Part shown: positions 63,541 through 64,000 of the stretch, one piece after another
How positions within the stretch are numbered: position 1 is the first letter of the stretch
How the letters are laid out: each line of letters starts with the position of its first letter
Assembly: GCA_964583685.1 (NCBI GenBank)
Contig: CAZOVJ010000001.1
Location: forward strand, 4,033 to 68,032
DNA length: 64,000 bases
Source: an uncultured Gammaproteobacteria bacterium
GTDB lineage: Bacteria > Patescibacteriota > Microgenomatia > UBA8517
Reading direction: 5' to 3'
Notes under the pieces: generated by a model
Databases searched by the model: none
The model's input: only the letters and a program-made list of their open reading frames with translations
Told to the model about the DNA's origin: nothing
Made by a program: the position numbers and the translations under genes

Positions 63541-64000
63541 ATGTTAAGGAAAAAGATAGCCATAGATTTGGGAACGGCAAACACCTTGGTTTGGATTGTT
63601 GGCGAGGGGCTCGTGGCCAATGAGCCTACTGTTGTAGCCATGTCCGTGGAAGACAATAAAATTGTGGCAATAGGAGAAGAGGCCAAGAGGATGATGGGCC
63701 GGACCCCGGAAAATCTTATTGCTTCGCGGCCAATGCGTGAGGGAGTGATTGCTGATTATCGGGTAACAGAAGCAATGCTCAGATATTTTATTACCAAGGT
63801 TTCAGGTAGGTTGCAATTTTTCAAGCCAGAGGTGATGGTTTGTGTTCCGGCAGGTTGTACCCAAGTTGAGCGCCGGGCCGCTCTTGATGCTACCCTGGCG
63901 GCCGGGGTTGCCCGTGCCTATCTTATTGAAGAGCCTTTAGCCGCAGCCATTGGTGCCAATATCCCGGTTTCCGCACCCAGTGGACACATGATAGTTGATA
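63541..64000 (+). CDS. mreB: rod-shape protein MreB, 3'-truncated by window end
   Basis: IAIDLGTANTLVWIVGEG...VAIGEEAKRMMGRTP actin-fold phosphate-1 motif. Confidence 0.85.
   Translation, partial: MLRKKIAIDLGTANTLVWIVGEGLVANEPTVVAMSVEDNKIVAIGEEAKRMMGRTPENLIASRPMREGVIADYRVTEAMLRYFITKVSGRLQFFKPEVMVCVPAGCTQVERRAALDATLAAGVARAYLIEEPLAAAIGANIPVSAPSGHMIVD

Overview
This 64 kb window is about 40% GC and gene-dense. I infer it comes from a reduced-genome bacterium, most likely a Candidate Phyla Radiation (CPR) lineage, and it uses the standard genetic code.

Order of features:
- 1-1204: a 5'-partial TraD/VirD4-like P-loop ATPase and a hypothetical gene on the minus strand, then a divergently oriented tRNA-Ile(GAT).
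- 2073-7204: a consensus sigma70 promoter, then tRNA-Ala(TGC), a 23S rRNA and a 5S rRNA. No 16S is present. The 23S carries two group I introns, each with a single-motif LAGLIDADG homing-endonuclease ORF, plus one extra palindromic expansion.
- 7280-9726: rpsA (short S1) and radA.
- 10207-15860: a cell-surface block with a sortase, a small secreted protein with a C-terminal anchor, and a 1131-aa polytopic membrane protein.
- 15869-16801: an AbiEii-like toxin pair.
- 17005-19437: a compact three-gene operon with its own consensus promoter and terminator. It encodes a radical-SAM/SPASM enzyme, a 55-aa Cys/Asp-rich peptide and an HExxH protein. This is my strongest candidate for a novel RiPP-like system.
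- 19400-24314: two paralogous large proteins with duplicated promoters and N-termini.
- 24881-27389: a Cys-rich secreted protein, then an MNT-HEPN cassette flanked by 38-bp direct repeats.
- 27460-30828: rho, a LysM-M23 peptidase, vapBC and tRNA-Ala(CGC).
- 30892-50368: an O-antigen-ligase/TPR membrane protein, then two giant minus-strand surface proteins. One is 2750 aa with LamG repeats. The other is 2593 aa, has kb-scale near-identical internal repeats, and begins with a phage-integrase SAM-like domain, a cytoplasmic fold. An NYN nuclease and a protein with tandem integrase-SAM-like domains sit beside them.
- 50955-61957: brnTA, leuS, comEA, a split comEC, a sigma-70 factor, argS, an M16 peptidase and rsmI.
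- 61011-61968: tRNA-Pro(CGG) sitting between what look like the two halves of another tRNA, then tRNA-Arg(CCT).
- 62144-64000: a PEGA-domain protein and a 3'-partial mreB.

Two families of short palindromic repeats are inserted in frame in many housekeeping genes (rpsA, leuS, argS, comEA, comEC, rsmI, the M16 peptidase and the PEGA protein). This resembles the palindromic elements known from Rickettsia. All calls rest on reading the sequence and motif recognition; no database searches were run.
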